Of a stretch of 64,000 nt of DNA, positions 1 to 9,526 are shown piece after piece (the stretch's first letter is position 1; every line of letters begins with the position of its first letter). The stretch is taken from NCBI GenBank assembly GCA_965226585.1, contig OZ245366.1:928001-992000 (forward strand), in the 5' to 3' direction. Below the pieces are notes generated by a model. The model was not told where the DNA came from. It worked only from the letters and a program-made list of their open reading frames with translations, and made no database searches. Made by a program: the position numbers and the translations under genes. This DNA comes from Thermodesulfobacteriota bacterium. GTDB lineage: Bacteria; Desulfobacterota_D; UBA1144; Nemesobacterales; Mycalebacteriaceae.

Positions 1-1
1 G

Positions 2-289
2 CTCAATCTGAATGTTCCCAATATGCCGATTGAAGAGATAAAGGGCGTGAAGATAACGAAACAGGGCAAAAGATATTACGATGACAAGATAATAAAGAAG
101 AAAGACCCCAGAGGCAGAAACTATTACTGGATAGGCGGTGACGAGCTGGCTTTCAGGAAAACGCCTGATTCCGATATCCTCTCCCTGAAAAACGGCTGGA
201 TATCCGTAACCCCCATTAAACTTGATTTTACCGATCATTCGTATTTTGAGATGCTCAAAAAAAATCACATAAAAGACCTGAAAAAATGA
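2..289 (+). CDS. surE: 5'/3'-nucleotidase SurE, C-terminal part (5' truncated by window)
   Basis: Frame is open from the window start (LNLNVPN). Contains DPRGRNYYWIGG and SDxxxxxxGWISVTP, typical of the SurE C-terminus. Confidence 0.92.
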   Translation, partial: LNLNVPNMPIEEIKGVKITKQGKRYYDDKIIKKKDPRGRNYYWIGGDELAFRKTPDSDILSLKNGWISVTPIKLDFTDHSYFEMLKKNHIKDLKK

Positions 290-867
290 GGTTCCTGAAA
301 GATCTCTACCACAGTTTTCTCGCGCTCGCGGAAAAGCCCTATGCCAGTTTTATTCTGGGCGCGGTGGCTTTCGCAGAGTCCGTTATTTTCCCGATTCCCG
401 CAGATGTTTTACTTCTGTCCATGTCTCTCGGCAAACCGTCTCACGCCATCAGATTCGCCCTTGTTTGTTCGGTGTTTTCCGTGCTCGGAGCTTGCGCCGG
501 TTTTTTTCTCGGCAAGTTTCTGTGGGATCTGGTTTCCGAGTGGTTTCTCGCTTTTATTTTCAGTGAAGCGAACTTCAACGCGGTTGGTGAACTGTTCAAG
601 GCAAACGCCTTCACAACAATTCTCACGGCGGCTTTTACGCCGGTTCCGTTCAAGGTTTTTACAGTCGCGGGGGGGGTGTTCAACATCAATTTCGCCGCTC
701 TGGTGGCGGGGTCTGTTATTGGCAGAAGCGCGCGGTTTTTTCTCCTCGCCGGTCTTGTGTGGAAGTTCGGCGAAGACATCAAGCCCTTTATTGACAAGCA
801 TTTCAACACCCTCACCATTATTTTCACCCTTGTCGTCATCGCGGTTCTTATTTTGTTTGGAAGATAA
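286..867 (+). CDS. YqaA/DedA (SNARE-associated) membrane protein
   Basis: FAESVIFPIPAD and FTPVPFKVFT..G motifs, multiple TM segments, usual position after surE. Confidence 0.88.
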   Translation: MRFLKDLYHSFLALAEKPYASFILGAVAFAESVIFPIPADVLLLSMSLGKPSHAIRFALVCSVFSVLGACAGFFLGKFLWDLVSEWFLAFIFSEANFNAVGELFKANAFTTILTAAFTPVPFKVFTVAGGVFNINFAALVAGSVIGRSARFFLLAGLVWKFGEDIKPFIDKHFNTLTIIFTLVVIAVLILFGR

Positions 868-912
868 AAAACGGTGGAAATCGCGTATTTCGCCATTAAA
901 CTTTATTACTGA

Positions 913-1785
913 ATGAGAGTTTTTGAAAGAAATATGGAGAACAGGAGGCGTCTGAGGAGAAGGCGTCTGAAAATCTCCCTCACGGCGGCGGTGATTTTTC
1001 ATCTCCTCCTGATTCTGATTGTCGGCTTTATGTCGTATTCCCTGCTTGTCGTTCCCGTTGCGGACAATGAAAGCGATCTTCTGCTTGAGATAACCGACTA
1101 TGTGCCGGAAGAAGAGGAATCTCCCGACACCCCCGTCAAAGACCCCAAAGCGTATTCCACAAAGTCACGCCAGTCTGAAAAAAACGAGGTTAAACGTGGA
1201 AGTTTCGGCACTCCACTGCCGTCAATGATTCCCCGTCCCGCAACTTTGCCGCCTTCGGGAGGCAGGAATGACGAAGACACGGTCGCGGACATTTCCATCT
1301 CAACCCGCAAGCCGCTCTCTTTTAACACCGACAAACAGTCCGTGCGCCGCCTTATAAAAGAAGCGGCGAGAGACAACCTGCAGAATATCTACACCCCGGA
1401 CACCAGACGCCCCGGCAATGACGGCGACCACAGGGGGTTGTCAGATATTAACGATTTTAGCGTTATAAGCCCGCAGGATAAATACATCTCGTATCTGCAG
1501 AAGTTCAGAAACAAGGTTCAAAATGTCTGGAGACCCGACTACGCCCTGCGCCGCTCTCCCGCCCACCGGGGCATTACAACCGTTCTGTCTGTGGAGATAC
1601 GCAGAGACGGCGAGGTTGAAAATGTGGAAGTGGCGAAATCTTCGGGGGTTTTCGAGTTTGACACCGAGGCGATAAGAAGCGTTTTTGACGCAGGTCCTTA
1701 CAGCGCTTTCCCGCCGAGCTGGGAGGGACAGCCAACCTTCAAGTTTAAGTTCGGTTTTCAGGCAATAGACAAGGGGCCTATTTGA
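913..1785 (+). CDS. TonB/TolA-like energy transducer with C-terminal TonB_2 domain
   Basis: N-terminal TM with His (AVIFHLLL), Pro/acidic linker, C-terminal VEIRRDGEV..V.VAKSSG..EFD.EAIR. The start may be the second Met at 934. Confidence 0.8.
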   Translation: MRVFERNMENRRRLRRRRLKISLTAAVIFHLLLILIVGFMSYSLLVVPVADNESDLLLEITDYVPEEEESPDTPVKDPKAYSTKSRQSEKNEVKRGSFGTPLPSMIPRPATLPPSGGRNDEDTVADISISTRKPLSFNTDKQSVRRLIKEAARDNLQNIYTPDTRRPGNDGDHRGLSDINDFSVISPQDKYISYLQKFRNKVQNVWRPDYALRRSPAHRGITTVLSVEIRRDGEVENVEVAKSSGVFEFDTEAIRSVFDAGPYSAFPPSWEGQPTFKFKFGFQAIDKGPI

Positions 1786-2803
1786 AAACAACGCCGCCGC
1801 CGGTTTTCTCAACCTTTCCGGCAACAAACGCCCCTTCACAGCCCTCTTCTTCAAGTTTTTTTATGATGCCGCCGGAGTCCGCAGGGTCGGCCGTGAGGGT
1901 CATTCCTATTCCGCAGTTGAAGGTTTCAAACATATCGCTTTCATCAAGCCCGGCGCATTCGCGGACAAGGTTGAATACGGGGGGAATTTCCCATGACGAT
2001 TTTTCAATAACCGCCGTGAGCCCTTCGGGAACAGAGCGCGGGATGTTGCCCGTCAGTCCGCCTCCCGTTATATGGGCGGCAGAATGTATGTCAAAACTCC
2101 CGAACACCCCGGCAAGGGGGCGGACGTATATCCGTGTCGGCTCAAGAAGTTCATCGGCAAGCGGGCGCGAAAGCCCGGGCGCAACGGAGAAAAGTTCGTG
2201 CTCTTTAAGAACGGACTCTCTTATAAGCGAGTAGCCGTTTGAATGAATTCCGCTTGAAGGCAGAGCGATAATGTCGTCTCCTGCGGCAACTCCGTCTCCG
2301 CTTATGTAGCGGTTTTTATCCACTATGCCGACAGAAAAACCCGCGAGGTCAAATTCTCCGCCCGCGTAGAAACCGGGCATCTCAGCCGTTTCCCCGCCGA
2401 GAAGAGCGCAGCCCGCTTCCTCACAGCCGCCCGCGATTCCTTCAACAACCTCCGCCATTTTCTCCGCGTCAAGCCGGGCGGTTGCTATGTAGTCAAGAAA
2501 GAACAGCGGTCGCGCGCCGCAGGTGATAACGTCATTCACGCACATCGCCACAAGGTCTTTGCCGACCGTGTTGAACCTGCCGGCGGCAAACGCTATTTTC
2601 AATTTTGTTCCCACCCCGTCTGTGGCTCCGGCGAGATACGATTTTTTATCGGGAAGCAGATAGGCGCCGCAAAAACCGCCGTATGATTTCAGGACGTTTC
2701 CGTCATGCGTTTTTTGCACAAATGGTTTAATGAGACTGACAAACCTGTCCCCCTCTTCCGTGCTGACGCCGGAGCCGGAGTATGTCAGTTTTTTTTTCGG
2801 CAT
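1778..2803 (-). CDS. purM: Phosphoribosylformylglycinamidine cyclo-ligase
   Basis: TDGVGTKL, DLVAMCVND, LLGGETAEMPG, SSGIHSNGYS, HITGGG, TFNCGIGM. Confidence 0.98.
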   Translation of the reverse strand: MPKKKLTYSGSGVSTEEGDRFVSLIKPFVQKTHDGNVLKSYGGFCGAYLLPDKKSYLAGATDGVGTKLKIAFAAGRFNTVGKDLVAMCVNDVITCGARPLFFLDYIATARLDAEKMAEVVEGIAGGCEEAGCALLGGETAEMPGFYAGGEFDLAGFSVGIVDKNRYISGDGVAAGDDIIALPSSGIHSNGYSLIRESVLKEHELFSVAPGLSRPLADELLEPTRIYVRPLAGVFGSFDIHSAAHITGGGLTGNIPRSVPEGLTAVIEKSSWEIPPVFNLVRECAGLDESDMFETFNCGIGMTLTADPADSGGIIKKLEEEGCEGAFVAGKVEKTGGGVVFK

Positions 2804-2818
2804 AGATACCGCCCGCCG

Positions 2819-2959
2819 CTACCAGGGCAACTTGTTCATCAGTGGCGCGATAACGGGACCGAAGAACGCTACTGAAACAATAACCGTTACAAAGCCCGCG
2901 ATGAAAAGCACTATCTTGGCGACAATCAGTTTTGTAAGGGTGTCCAGAAATTTATCCAT
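2819..2959 (-). CDS. 46-aa single-pass membrane protein, last gene of act operon (not in ORF track)
   Basis: Hand translation gives MDKFLDTLTKLIVAKIVLFIAGFVTVIVSVAFFGPVIAPLMNKLPW*. It starts 3 nt after the actF stop, ends 15 nt before purM, and fills the gap. Confidence 0.7.
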   Translation of the reverse strand: MDKFLDTLTKLIVAKIVLFIAGFVTVIVSVAFFGPVIAPLMNKLPW

Positions 2960-2962
2960 GCT

Positions 2963-4159
2963 TCAGTGCCCTCCGTGGTGTGAATTCGGCCCGTCAAAGA
3001 AAGGGTCTCCAAAAGGAATTGCCGGAAACTTTTTCAGGAAGAAAAGAACCGCTCCCAGAAACACTCCCGCAAAACCAAGCGTTATCAGAATCTGAGGCAT
3101 TGACATCTCAAGAGTGGACGTGAGAGACGGCGTTACGAAAAGGAACTTGTCCATCCACAGCCCGCACAGGAACACCGTTGATATGAAAACCGCTATGGGG
3201 GTTACAATTTTGTGAGTTCTCGGCATGAACGATATGAACGGAAATATGAAACAGCACGTGAACACCGCCCACGCGAACGTTTTGAACGGCTCTTCCGCTA
3301 TGCGTTTGACAACAAAGCCGGTTTCTTCAGGCATGTTGGCATACCATATCGGCAGAAGTTGCGAGAACATCAGATACGCCCACAGAAGCGCGAAACCGTT
3401 GAGCATTTTCCCTATGTCCCAGTAGTGGTAGTCGCCGAGATAGTCTTTGAGGTTCAGGTAGCGCGAGAGTCCGACTGAAACAATCAGTGTCATTCCCACG
3501 GCGGACACAAGGCCGCCCATAAAGTAGTAGGGTCCCAAAAGCGTGCTGAACCAGTACGGGTCAAGAGACATCATAAAGTCCCATGAGAAAAGGCTGAAAA
3601 CCACCGCGTACGCGCCCACTATGTAAGGAGCCAGTTTTTTCACGTCTGAAAAACTGCCCTTTGCCGGATTTATTTCAAGAAGCAGAGAGCCCTTTACGTA
3701 TTTGTAGGTGAGGAAAAGAAGAAAGGCAAAGCCGAGAACGTTTCTGAGAAAAACAAAGGGCATATTGAGCCACACGTCTTTGGGGGCGTGATAGTGGTGA
3801 GTCGCGTACGGAAGCAGTTTGTCTGAGCCGATAAATATCAGTATCAGAATCAGCATGGAGAACGGAAGGAAGAAACTGAATGATTCGCTTATCCTCAGGA
3901 AAGACCTTCCCCATCTGGCGTTTGTGATTCTGAGCACGCACGAGAATATGACACCGCCCTGGGCGAGAGCCGTCCAGAAAAGGAAGTTTATCAGCAGGAT
4001 ACGCCACGCGCCTTCCGCTTTGTCGGGATCTGCCGCCGCAACGGCAAACGCCACCGCGCCCGCCGCGCCCACCACGCCAAGAAACCATAACAGCCACGAC
4101 GGAATCCGCCCGGTTTTACCAAGCACGGCGTTTCGTGTCATTTCAGTTGTATCACTCAT
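2963..4159 (-). CDS. actF: Alternative complex III subunit ActF
   Basis: NrfD-like polytopic protein with DFMMSLDPYWFST and Y..FSQ..PIWYANMPEE, in act operon order. Confidence 0.9.
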   Translation of the reverse strand: MSDTTEMTRNAVLGKTGRIPSWLLWFLGVVGAAGAVAFAVAAADPDKAEGAWRILLINFLFWTALAQGGVIFSCVLRITNARWGRSFLRISESFSFFLPFSMLILILIFIGSDKLLPYATHHYHAPKDVWLNMPFVFLRNVLGFAFLLFLTYKYVKGSLLLEINPAKGSFSDVKKLAPYIVGAYAVVFSLFSWDFMMSLDPYWFSTLLGPYYFMGGLVSAVGMTLIVSVGLSRYLNLKDYLGDYHYWDIGKMLNGFALLWAYLMFSQLLPIWYANMPEETGFVVKRIAEEPFKTFAWAVFTCCFIFPFISFMPRTHKIVTPIAVFISTVFLCGLWMDKFLFVTPSLTSTLEMSMPQILITLGFAGVFLGAVLFFLKKFPAIPFGDPFFDGPNSHHGGH

Positions 4160-4160
4160 T

Positions 4161-4691
4161 TTAATTTTCCCGCCCTTTCCTTTCGTTTTGCAAGTGTCTT
4201 ACGTAGTTCACAATGTGCCACGCGTCTCCCTGCAGAGGCATATTTTCCGCATAGGCTGGCATCATCACTTTTCCGCCGTACATTATGTAAGCGTAGATAA
4301 ATCCGTCTGTTCTCGCGACAACCGACTGCCCCGTCAGGTCAACCGGGTAGAAGCCGTGCCCTTTTTGAATTATCAGCCCGTCTCCGCGCCCTTTCTGTCC
4401 GTGGCATGAAACGCAGTTGTACACAAAAAGCTCTTCGCCCCTTTTGACTGACTTCTCAGTCGCCTCAACGGGCGATTGCGCCACCGTTTCTATCTCCTCT
4501 CTGGGAACTTGAGGGGTCGCGTTTTTGCTCAGCGAATTCTGCGGATACAGAACCGGTTTTTCATAAGGGTCTGAAGACGGCTGAACCCACATATCAAGCG
4601 ACCACGGAAACGCCATGGCATTTCCGGGCAGTATCACCGCTGCGAGGGCAAGCGCGAAAAAAGCCGCAATTCCGGTTCTACGCGGAGTCAA
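4161..4691 (-). CDS. actE: Alternative complex III monoheme cytochrome c ActE
   Basis: Signal peptide, DMWVQP motif, CVSCHG heme site, MPAY distal ligand. Confidence 0.88.
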   Translation of the reverse strand: MTPRRTGIAAFFALALAAVILPGNAMAFPWSLDMWVQPSSDPYEKPVLYPQNSLSKNATPQVPREEIETVAQSPVEATEKSVKRGEELFVYNCVSCHGQKGRGDGLIIQKGHGFYPVDLTGQSVVARTDGFIYAYIMYGGKVMMPAYAENMPLQGDAWHIVNYVRHLQNERKGREN

Positions 4692-5202
4692 ACTTTACCT
4701 CCTCCGCTCCGCCTGAGAGCATAATCTCGCGCGCCGCTTCGCTTTGTTCATCATCGGGGCAGACGACCATCAAGCCGAATTTGTCATCGGAAAATCTCGG
4801 GTCGTACATCGTAACCGGGCTTCTTCTGCGAAGCAGTGAGTTTATAAGCAGTCCCATAAGGGTGAAAAGCGCGCCCATGAGAATTGTGAGTTCAAATATT
4901 ATGACCGTGAACGGCAGGATGGACACAATGGGTTTCGCGCTGACCTGTATGGGCCAGTCGCTTGCCGAAATCACCGTGAAGGCAACCCCGGAAGACGCGC
5001 CGAGAAGCGCGCCAATCAGCGTGAAAAATCTCACCGGGCTCTCCGGTTCGCCCGCTATCTCCTCTATCTCGTGGCTGGGAACCGGAGAGAAAACCCTTAT
5101 GTTCTGAAAGCCCTTTTCTTTGAGGGATTTCATGCAGTCCGCAAGCGTGTCCATGTGCGAGTAGACTCCCAGCACACCGTTTTTCAAAGCGTTTCTACTC
5201 AT
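4678..5202 (-). CDS. actD: Alternative complex III subunit ActD (DUF3341)
   Basis: FSPVP, two TMs, FELTIL, DPRFSDDKF motifs. Confidence 0.9.
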   Translation of the reverse strand: MSRNALKNGVLGVYSHMDTLADCMKSLKEKGFQNIRVFSPVPSHEIEEIAGEPESPVRFFTLIGALLGASSGVAFTVISASDWPIQVSAKPIVSILPFTVIIFELTILMGALFTLMGLLINSLLRRRSPVTMYDPRFSDDKFGLMVVCPDDEQSEAAREIMLSGGAEEVKFDSA

Positions 5203-6559
5203 CGCCGCCCTCTCCTGTTTTTTTGCGCGGAACCGGAAGAATCTCTTTTATCTCCGCTATGGCTATGGGAGGAAGGGTTTTCAGGAATATCAGGAAGAAC
5301 ATGAAGAACCACCCGAAACTTCCCGCCGTAATTCCGGCTTCCACCCATGAGATTTTGTAGACGCCCCAGACCGCGGGGTCATAGTCGCGCGAAAGCGATA
5401 TGACGATAATGTTGAAACGCTCAAACCACATTCCGATATTTATCAGTATTGATATCACAAACAGAACCGCGAGGTTGTGGCGGAACCGCTTGAACCACAG
5501 AAGTATCGGAACCACAACGTTGCAGATAACCATAGTCCAGTAGAAAGGCGCGTATTCCCCGACCGCTCTGTAAAGAAACTGTTCCCACTCCGCCGGCATT
5601 CCGCTGTACCACGCGAACAGAAACTCCACCCCGTAGGCGTAGCCGATGATAAGGGAGGTGAAAATTATCAACTTTGCCATTCCGTCAAAGTTGTCCATCG
5701 TTATGTAGTCTTCAAGACTGAATATTTTCCGTATGGGTATCGCGAGCGTTATAACCATTGCGAGCCCTGAGAAAATCGCCCCTGCAACAAAATACGGCGC
5801 GAATATGGTTGTGTGCCATCCGGGAAGACTTGCCATCGCGAAGTCCCACGAAACAACGCTGTGAACCGAGAGAACAAGCGGAGTCGCGAACGCGGCAAAA
5901 TACAGATACGCCCTTGTGTAGTGCAACCATTCCCAGTTGGAGCCTTTCCAGCCGAGCGAAAGCAGAGAGTAGGCAATTTTTCGCGTTCGTCCGGTAACTT
6001 TGTCCCTTATTGCCGCGAGGTCGGGAATCATTCCGACAAAGAAGAATATTGAACTTACCGTCAAATAAGTGCTGACGGCAAAAACGTCCCACAGCAGAGG
6101 CGATTTGAAGTTCACCCACAATTCCCTCTGGTTGGGATACGGGAAAAGCCAGTAGAAGTTCCAGGGTCTTCCGAGGTGGATTATGGGAAACAGACCGGCG
6201 GTTAGAACGGCAAAAACAGTCATCGCCTCGGCAAGCCGGTAGATTGACATCCTGAACTTCGCCCTGAAAAGAAACAGGACGGCGGATATAAGCGTTCCCG
6301 AATGCGCTATTCCAACCCAGAAAACAAAGTCTGTAATGTAGATTCCCCAGAAAACCGGATGACGGAAACCCGCCACTCCAAGCCCCGTGTACACCTGATA
6401 GAGAAAGCTGAAAAGCCCTATGCCGACAAAGAAAAGCGCGACCCCGAAAAGCAAGGCCCACTGTCCGGACGGCTTTTCAAGAACTCTCACCACATCGGCG
6501 GTAACCCTTGAATATGTAAGTTTGTTCTCTCTTTTTTCCACTTTCTCTGTGTCCATCAC
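5195..6559 (-). CDS. actC: Alternative complex III quinol-binding subunit ActC (NrfD/PsrC family)
   Basis: FVFWVGIAHSGTLISA, IHLGRPW, SPLLWDVFAVSTY, SVHSVVSWDFA, PGWHTTIF. Confidence 0.95.
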   Translation of the reverse strand: MMDTEKVEKRENKLTYSRVTADVVRVLEKPSGQWALLFGVALFFVGIGLFSFLYQVYTGLGVAGFRHPVFWGIYITDFVFWVGIAHSGTLISAVLFLFRAKFRMSIYRLAEAMTVFAVLTAGLFPIIHLGRPWNFYWLFPYPNQRELWVNFKSPLLWDVFAVSTYLTVSSIFFFVGMIPDLAAIRDKVTGRTRKIAYSLLSLGWKGSNWEWLHYTRAYLYFAAFATPLVLSVHSVVSWDFAMASLPGWHTTIFAPYFVAGAIFSGLAMVITLAIPIRKIFSLEDYITMDNFDGMAKLIIFTSLIIGYAYGVEFLFAWYSGMPAEWEQFLYRAVGEYAPFYWTMVICNVVVPILLWFKRFRHNLAVLFVISILINIGMWFERFNIIVISLSRDYDPAVWGVYKISWVEAGITAGSFGWFFMFFLIFLKTLPPIAIAEIKEILPVPRKKTGEGGDE

Positions 6560-6563
6560 GCTT

Positions 6564-9506
6564 TTACGACTGAGTTACTTCCTTCAGATATGTAACCGCC
6601 GGTTTTGTGTTGATTTCCTCAAACAGTTTGTAGCCCCTCTCGTCGTGAGACGAAACAGACACTTTGCTTTCGGGGTCCAGAAGGTTTCCGAAATCTATGG
6701 CATTTGTTGAGCACGTCTGCTGGCAAGCCGTTACAACGTCTCCGTCTCTTATGCCCCTTTCCTCGTCTTTTGCCGTGTCGTGAGACTGCCTTATTCTCTG
6801 AACGCAGAAACTGCACTTCTCCATAACGCCCTTTGTCCTGACGGTTACATCCGGGTTGAACTGCCAGTTGAGCGGCTCCGGCACTTTGTAGGAGTACCAG
6901 TTGAACCTTCTCACCTTGTAGGTGCAGTTGTTGGCGCAGTATCTCGTGCCGACACAGCGGTTGTATATCATTCCGTTCAGCCCCTCGTGGTTGTGGTAGG
7001 TGGCGTAGACCGGGCACACGGGTTCGCACGGGGCGTTTCCGCAGTGCTGGCACGGAACGGGAACAAAACGCGCCGTTACTTCGCCTTCGGGGTTTTTCTC
7101 AAAGAATCTGTCTATCCTCAGCCACGACATCTCTCTGCGGCGAGCCATCTGCTCTTTACCGACAAACGGTATGTTGTTCTCCGCGTAGCACGCCGTTACG
7201 CAAGCGCCGCAACCCGTGCATTTGGAAAGGTCTATCGCCATTCCCCATCTGTATTCCTTGTATTCAAGGTCGGGGTAGAGATCGGGGTGATGCTCTTTGT
7301 GTTTCTTGTCGTCTTTTCCGAGTTCCTTCACGTCAACAGTCCGCGCAACTCCTCTTCCTTCCTGCGATTTTGTGTATTGCGTGCGGACAAGAAGCCCGTC
7401 TCTGCCGGTCGGCGTAACCTTCACCTTTGTTGAGAACCACGCGTATCCGCCCGACAGCACATCTGATGACGAAGCCATTATCTCCATCGGGTTGACGCCT
7501 CTTCCCTTTGCGTATCTGCCGTAGCTTTCGTGACCCAGCCCGACCGGAATGGCGACCGTTCCCGCCATCACGCCTTCGCTTACAAACACTTGAGTTTCAA
7601 AGGAGCCGAAAACTGATTCAACCTTCACAAAAGAGCCGTCTCTAACGCCCATCTCTTTTGCCGTATTGGGATTTATTTCCGCCCATGAGTCCCACACAAC
7701 CGAAGTCAGGGAGTCTGGAAGCTCCTGCAGCCAGGGTTTGTTTGCCCCTCTGCCGTCGTAAAATCTTGCGGACGGGAAGGGAAGAAGATGCATATCTCCG
7801 TCTCCCTGAAAATCCGCTTCCCTGCCGGAGAAGGAAAACAGTCTCATCCTTCCCGAAATGGAAACCTTGCGTTCTTCCGGCTTGACGGCAACTCCGCCGT
7901 TTTTAAGCGCTTCGTTCCAGAAAGTTTCAAAATCAACCCCGCGCGCTATTTTCGCGCCAAGCCGTTTCCAGTATTCCCTTACAAACGAGTAGTAGTCTGA
8001 AGCGGAGAACGCGCCTTTTGTTGATTCAGTTTTTCCGCTCACGGAGATGATTACGTCTCCCGATGATTTTGTGTTGAACACCTTTTGAACCGCAGGCTGA
8101 ACTATGCCGAGAAAACTTTTTCTCGCGCTGAAATCACCCCAGTTCTCAAGGGGATGATTGTCCGGCAGTATGAGCGAGCACATCTCAGCGGTTTCGTCCA
8201 TAAAGGGAGAGAAACTTACGGTGAACGGAACCTTCTCCATCGCTTTTTTGAAGCCCGCGGAATTCGGAAGAATAAACGCCGGGTTGATTCCCCTCACGAG
8301 CAGAACCTCAACATTGCCGTCTTCCATGTCTTTTATGAGAGAAAGAATTTCCGTGTATGAGGCGGATTTTGACACCGCAAGCGTGTCGGCAAAATCAACC
8401 ACCTCATCCATGTTGCCCGAAAGGTAGTTCAAAATGTTCACCGCCACCAGAAGTTCAGTGGCGTTTGATGAAGTTCCCGCCGCGCCGCCGCCAATGGCAA
8501 GACTTTTGCGGTTAAGCATCTCTGAAGCAATCTCTTCTATGGTTTTGACCGGAACGGACGTTTTCTCTGAAACCGCCTCCGGCGTGTAGTCCCGCACAAT
8601 GGAGACAAGGTAGTCGGGCGCGCCCGTGTTTTCACGCGCCATCACGTTTGCCACTCCAAGGGCGAGGTAGATTTCCGTTCCGGGCTTCACCTGAACCATG
8701 CGGTCTGCGTTCGCGCCCGTCATAGACATTCTCGGCTCAACCTGAACCACCTTTCCGGGTTTGCCGTCTTTCAACTCGCGCAGGTTGCTGAAACCTTTTC
8801 CGTTTGAAACGGGCGAAAGCCATGTCTCAAGAAAATCCGCGCCGAAAGACAGCAGATACTCAGCTTTGCCGATGTTGTATGAAGGTATTTCGTTGATGCC
8901 GAAAAACAGTTCGTTGGCTTTTTTTATTGGCTCGTGGGCAAAGGTCTCATACGTGTAGCGTTTTACTCCGGCGGCTTTTGTCCAGACATCCAGAAGTTCA
9001 TCGTAGGAGCCGGTTTCAACGCCGTCCAGATATACGATGCGATCTCCCCGCCCTTGCGATACGAGGTCTTGAATCTTTGCTGCAAGCGCGTTCTCCGCGT
9101 CCGTCCATGTGGCGACACGGAACTTGCTCTCTTCGTTTTTCATCAGCGGGGATTTAACCCTGTCTGGATTGTAAAGCCCCTGGAGAGCCGCCTGCCCGCC
9201 GGCGCACAGCGCACCTTTATTAATAGGGTTTTCCGCGTTTCCTTCCATTTTGATGGCGCGCCCTTCCCTTGTTTTGACAACAACCCCGCAACCCGCCGGG
9301 CATTCGCGGCAGGTGCTGGAATAGTAGTCCGGCACTCCCGGAACAGAGTTCTCAGGCGGAATCACATAGGGGATTATCTGCTCAACCGGCTCAGGCGAAC
9401 ACCCGCCCGACACCGCCGCCGTGCCGCCCGCGATTCCGATAACTTTCAGAAAATCGCGTCTGCTTATTCCCTTGTTTTCTTCTTTGCCTTTCATTTTTTC
9501 AGACAA
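6564..9506 (-). CDS. actB: Alternative complex III subunit ActB (molybdopterin-oxidoreductase-like plus Fe-S domain)
   Basis: Tat motif SRRDFLK followed by lipobox-like SGGC. C-terminal CTGCGACVTAC, CQHCGNAPC, CVGTRYCANNC, CSFC clusters. Probable TTG start at 9506 after GGAGG (track gives 9539). Confidence 0.93.
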   Translation of the reverse strand: MSEKMKGKEENKGISRRDFLKVIGIAGGTAAVSGGCSPEPVEQIIPYVIPPENSVPGVPDYYSSTCRECPAGCGVVVKTREGRAIKMEGNAENPINKGALCAGGQAALQGLYNPDRVKSPLMKNEESKFRVATWTDAENALAAKIQDLVSQGRGDRIVYLDGVETGSYDELLDVWTKAAGVKRYTYETFAHEPIKKANELFFGINEIPSYNIGKAEYLLSFGADFLETWLSPVSNGKGFSNLRELKDGKPGKVVQVEPRMSMTGANADRMVQVKPGTEIYLALGVANVMARENTGAPDYLVSIVRDYTPEAVSEKTSVPVKTIEEIASEMLNRKSLAIGGGAAGTSSNATELLVAVNILNYLSGNMDEVVDFADTLAVSKSASYTEILSLIKDMEDGNVEVLLVRGINPAFILPNSAGFKKAMEKVPFTVSFSPFMDETAEMCSLILPDNHPLENWGDFSARKSFLGIVQPAVQKVFNTKSSGDVIISVSGKTESTKGAFSASDYYSFVREYWKRLGAKIARGVDFETFWNEALKNGGVAVKPEERKVSISGRMRLFSFSGREADFQGDGDMHLLPFPSARFYDGRGANKPWLQELPDSLTSVVWDSWAEINPNTAKEMGVRDGSFVKVESVFGSFETQVFVSEGVMAGTVAIPVGLGHESYGRYAKGRGVNPMEIMASSSDVLSGGYAWFSTKVKVTPTGRDGLLVRTQYTKSQEGRGVARTVDVKELGKDDKKHKEHHPDLYPDLEYKEYRWGMAIDLSKCTGCGACVTACYAENNIPFVGKEQMARRREMSWLRIDRFFEKNPEGEVTARFVPVPCQHCGNAPCEPVCPVYATYHNHEGLNGMIYNRCVGTRYCANNCTYKVRRFNWYSYKVPEPLNWQFNPDVTVRTKGVMEKCSFCVQRIRQSHDTAKDEERGIRDGDVVTACQQTCSTNAIDFGNLLDPESKVSVSSHDERGYKLFEEINTKPAVTYLKEVTQS

Positions 9507-9526
9507 TCTGTTCCTCCGTTCCGCTT

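Noticed and set aside
669..676. G8 tract in yqaA (and T9 at the purM start) as phase-variation sites
   Set aside because: Short, in frame, encoding ordinary residues in housekeeping genes, with no evidence of slippage.
6564..9506. ActB as a catalytic molybdoenzyme (formate, nitrate or DMSO reductase)
   Set aside because: The fused Fe-S domain and actA/C/D/E/F context identify it as ACIII.
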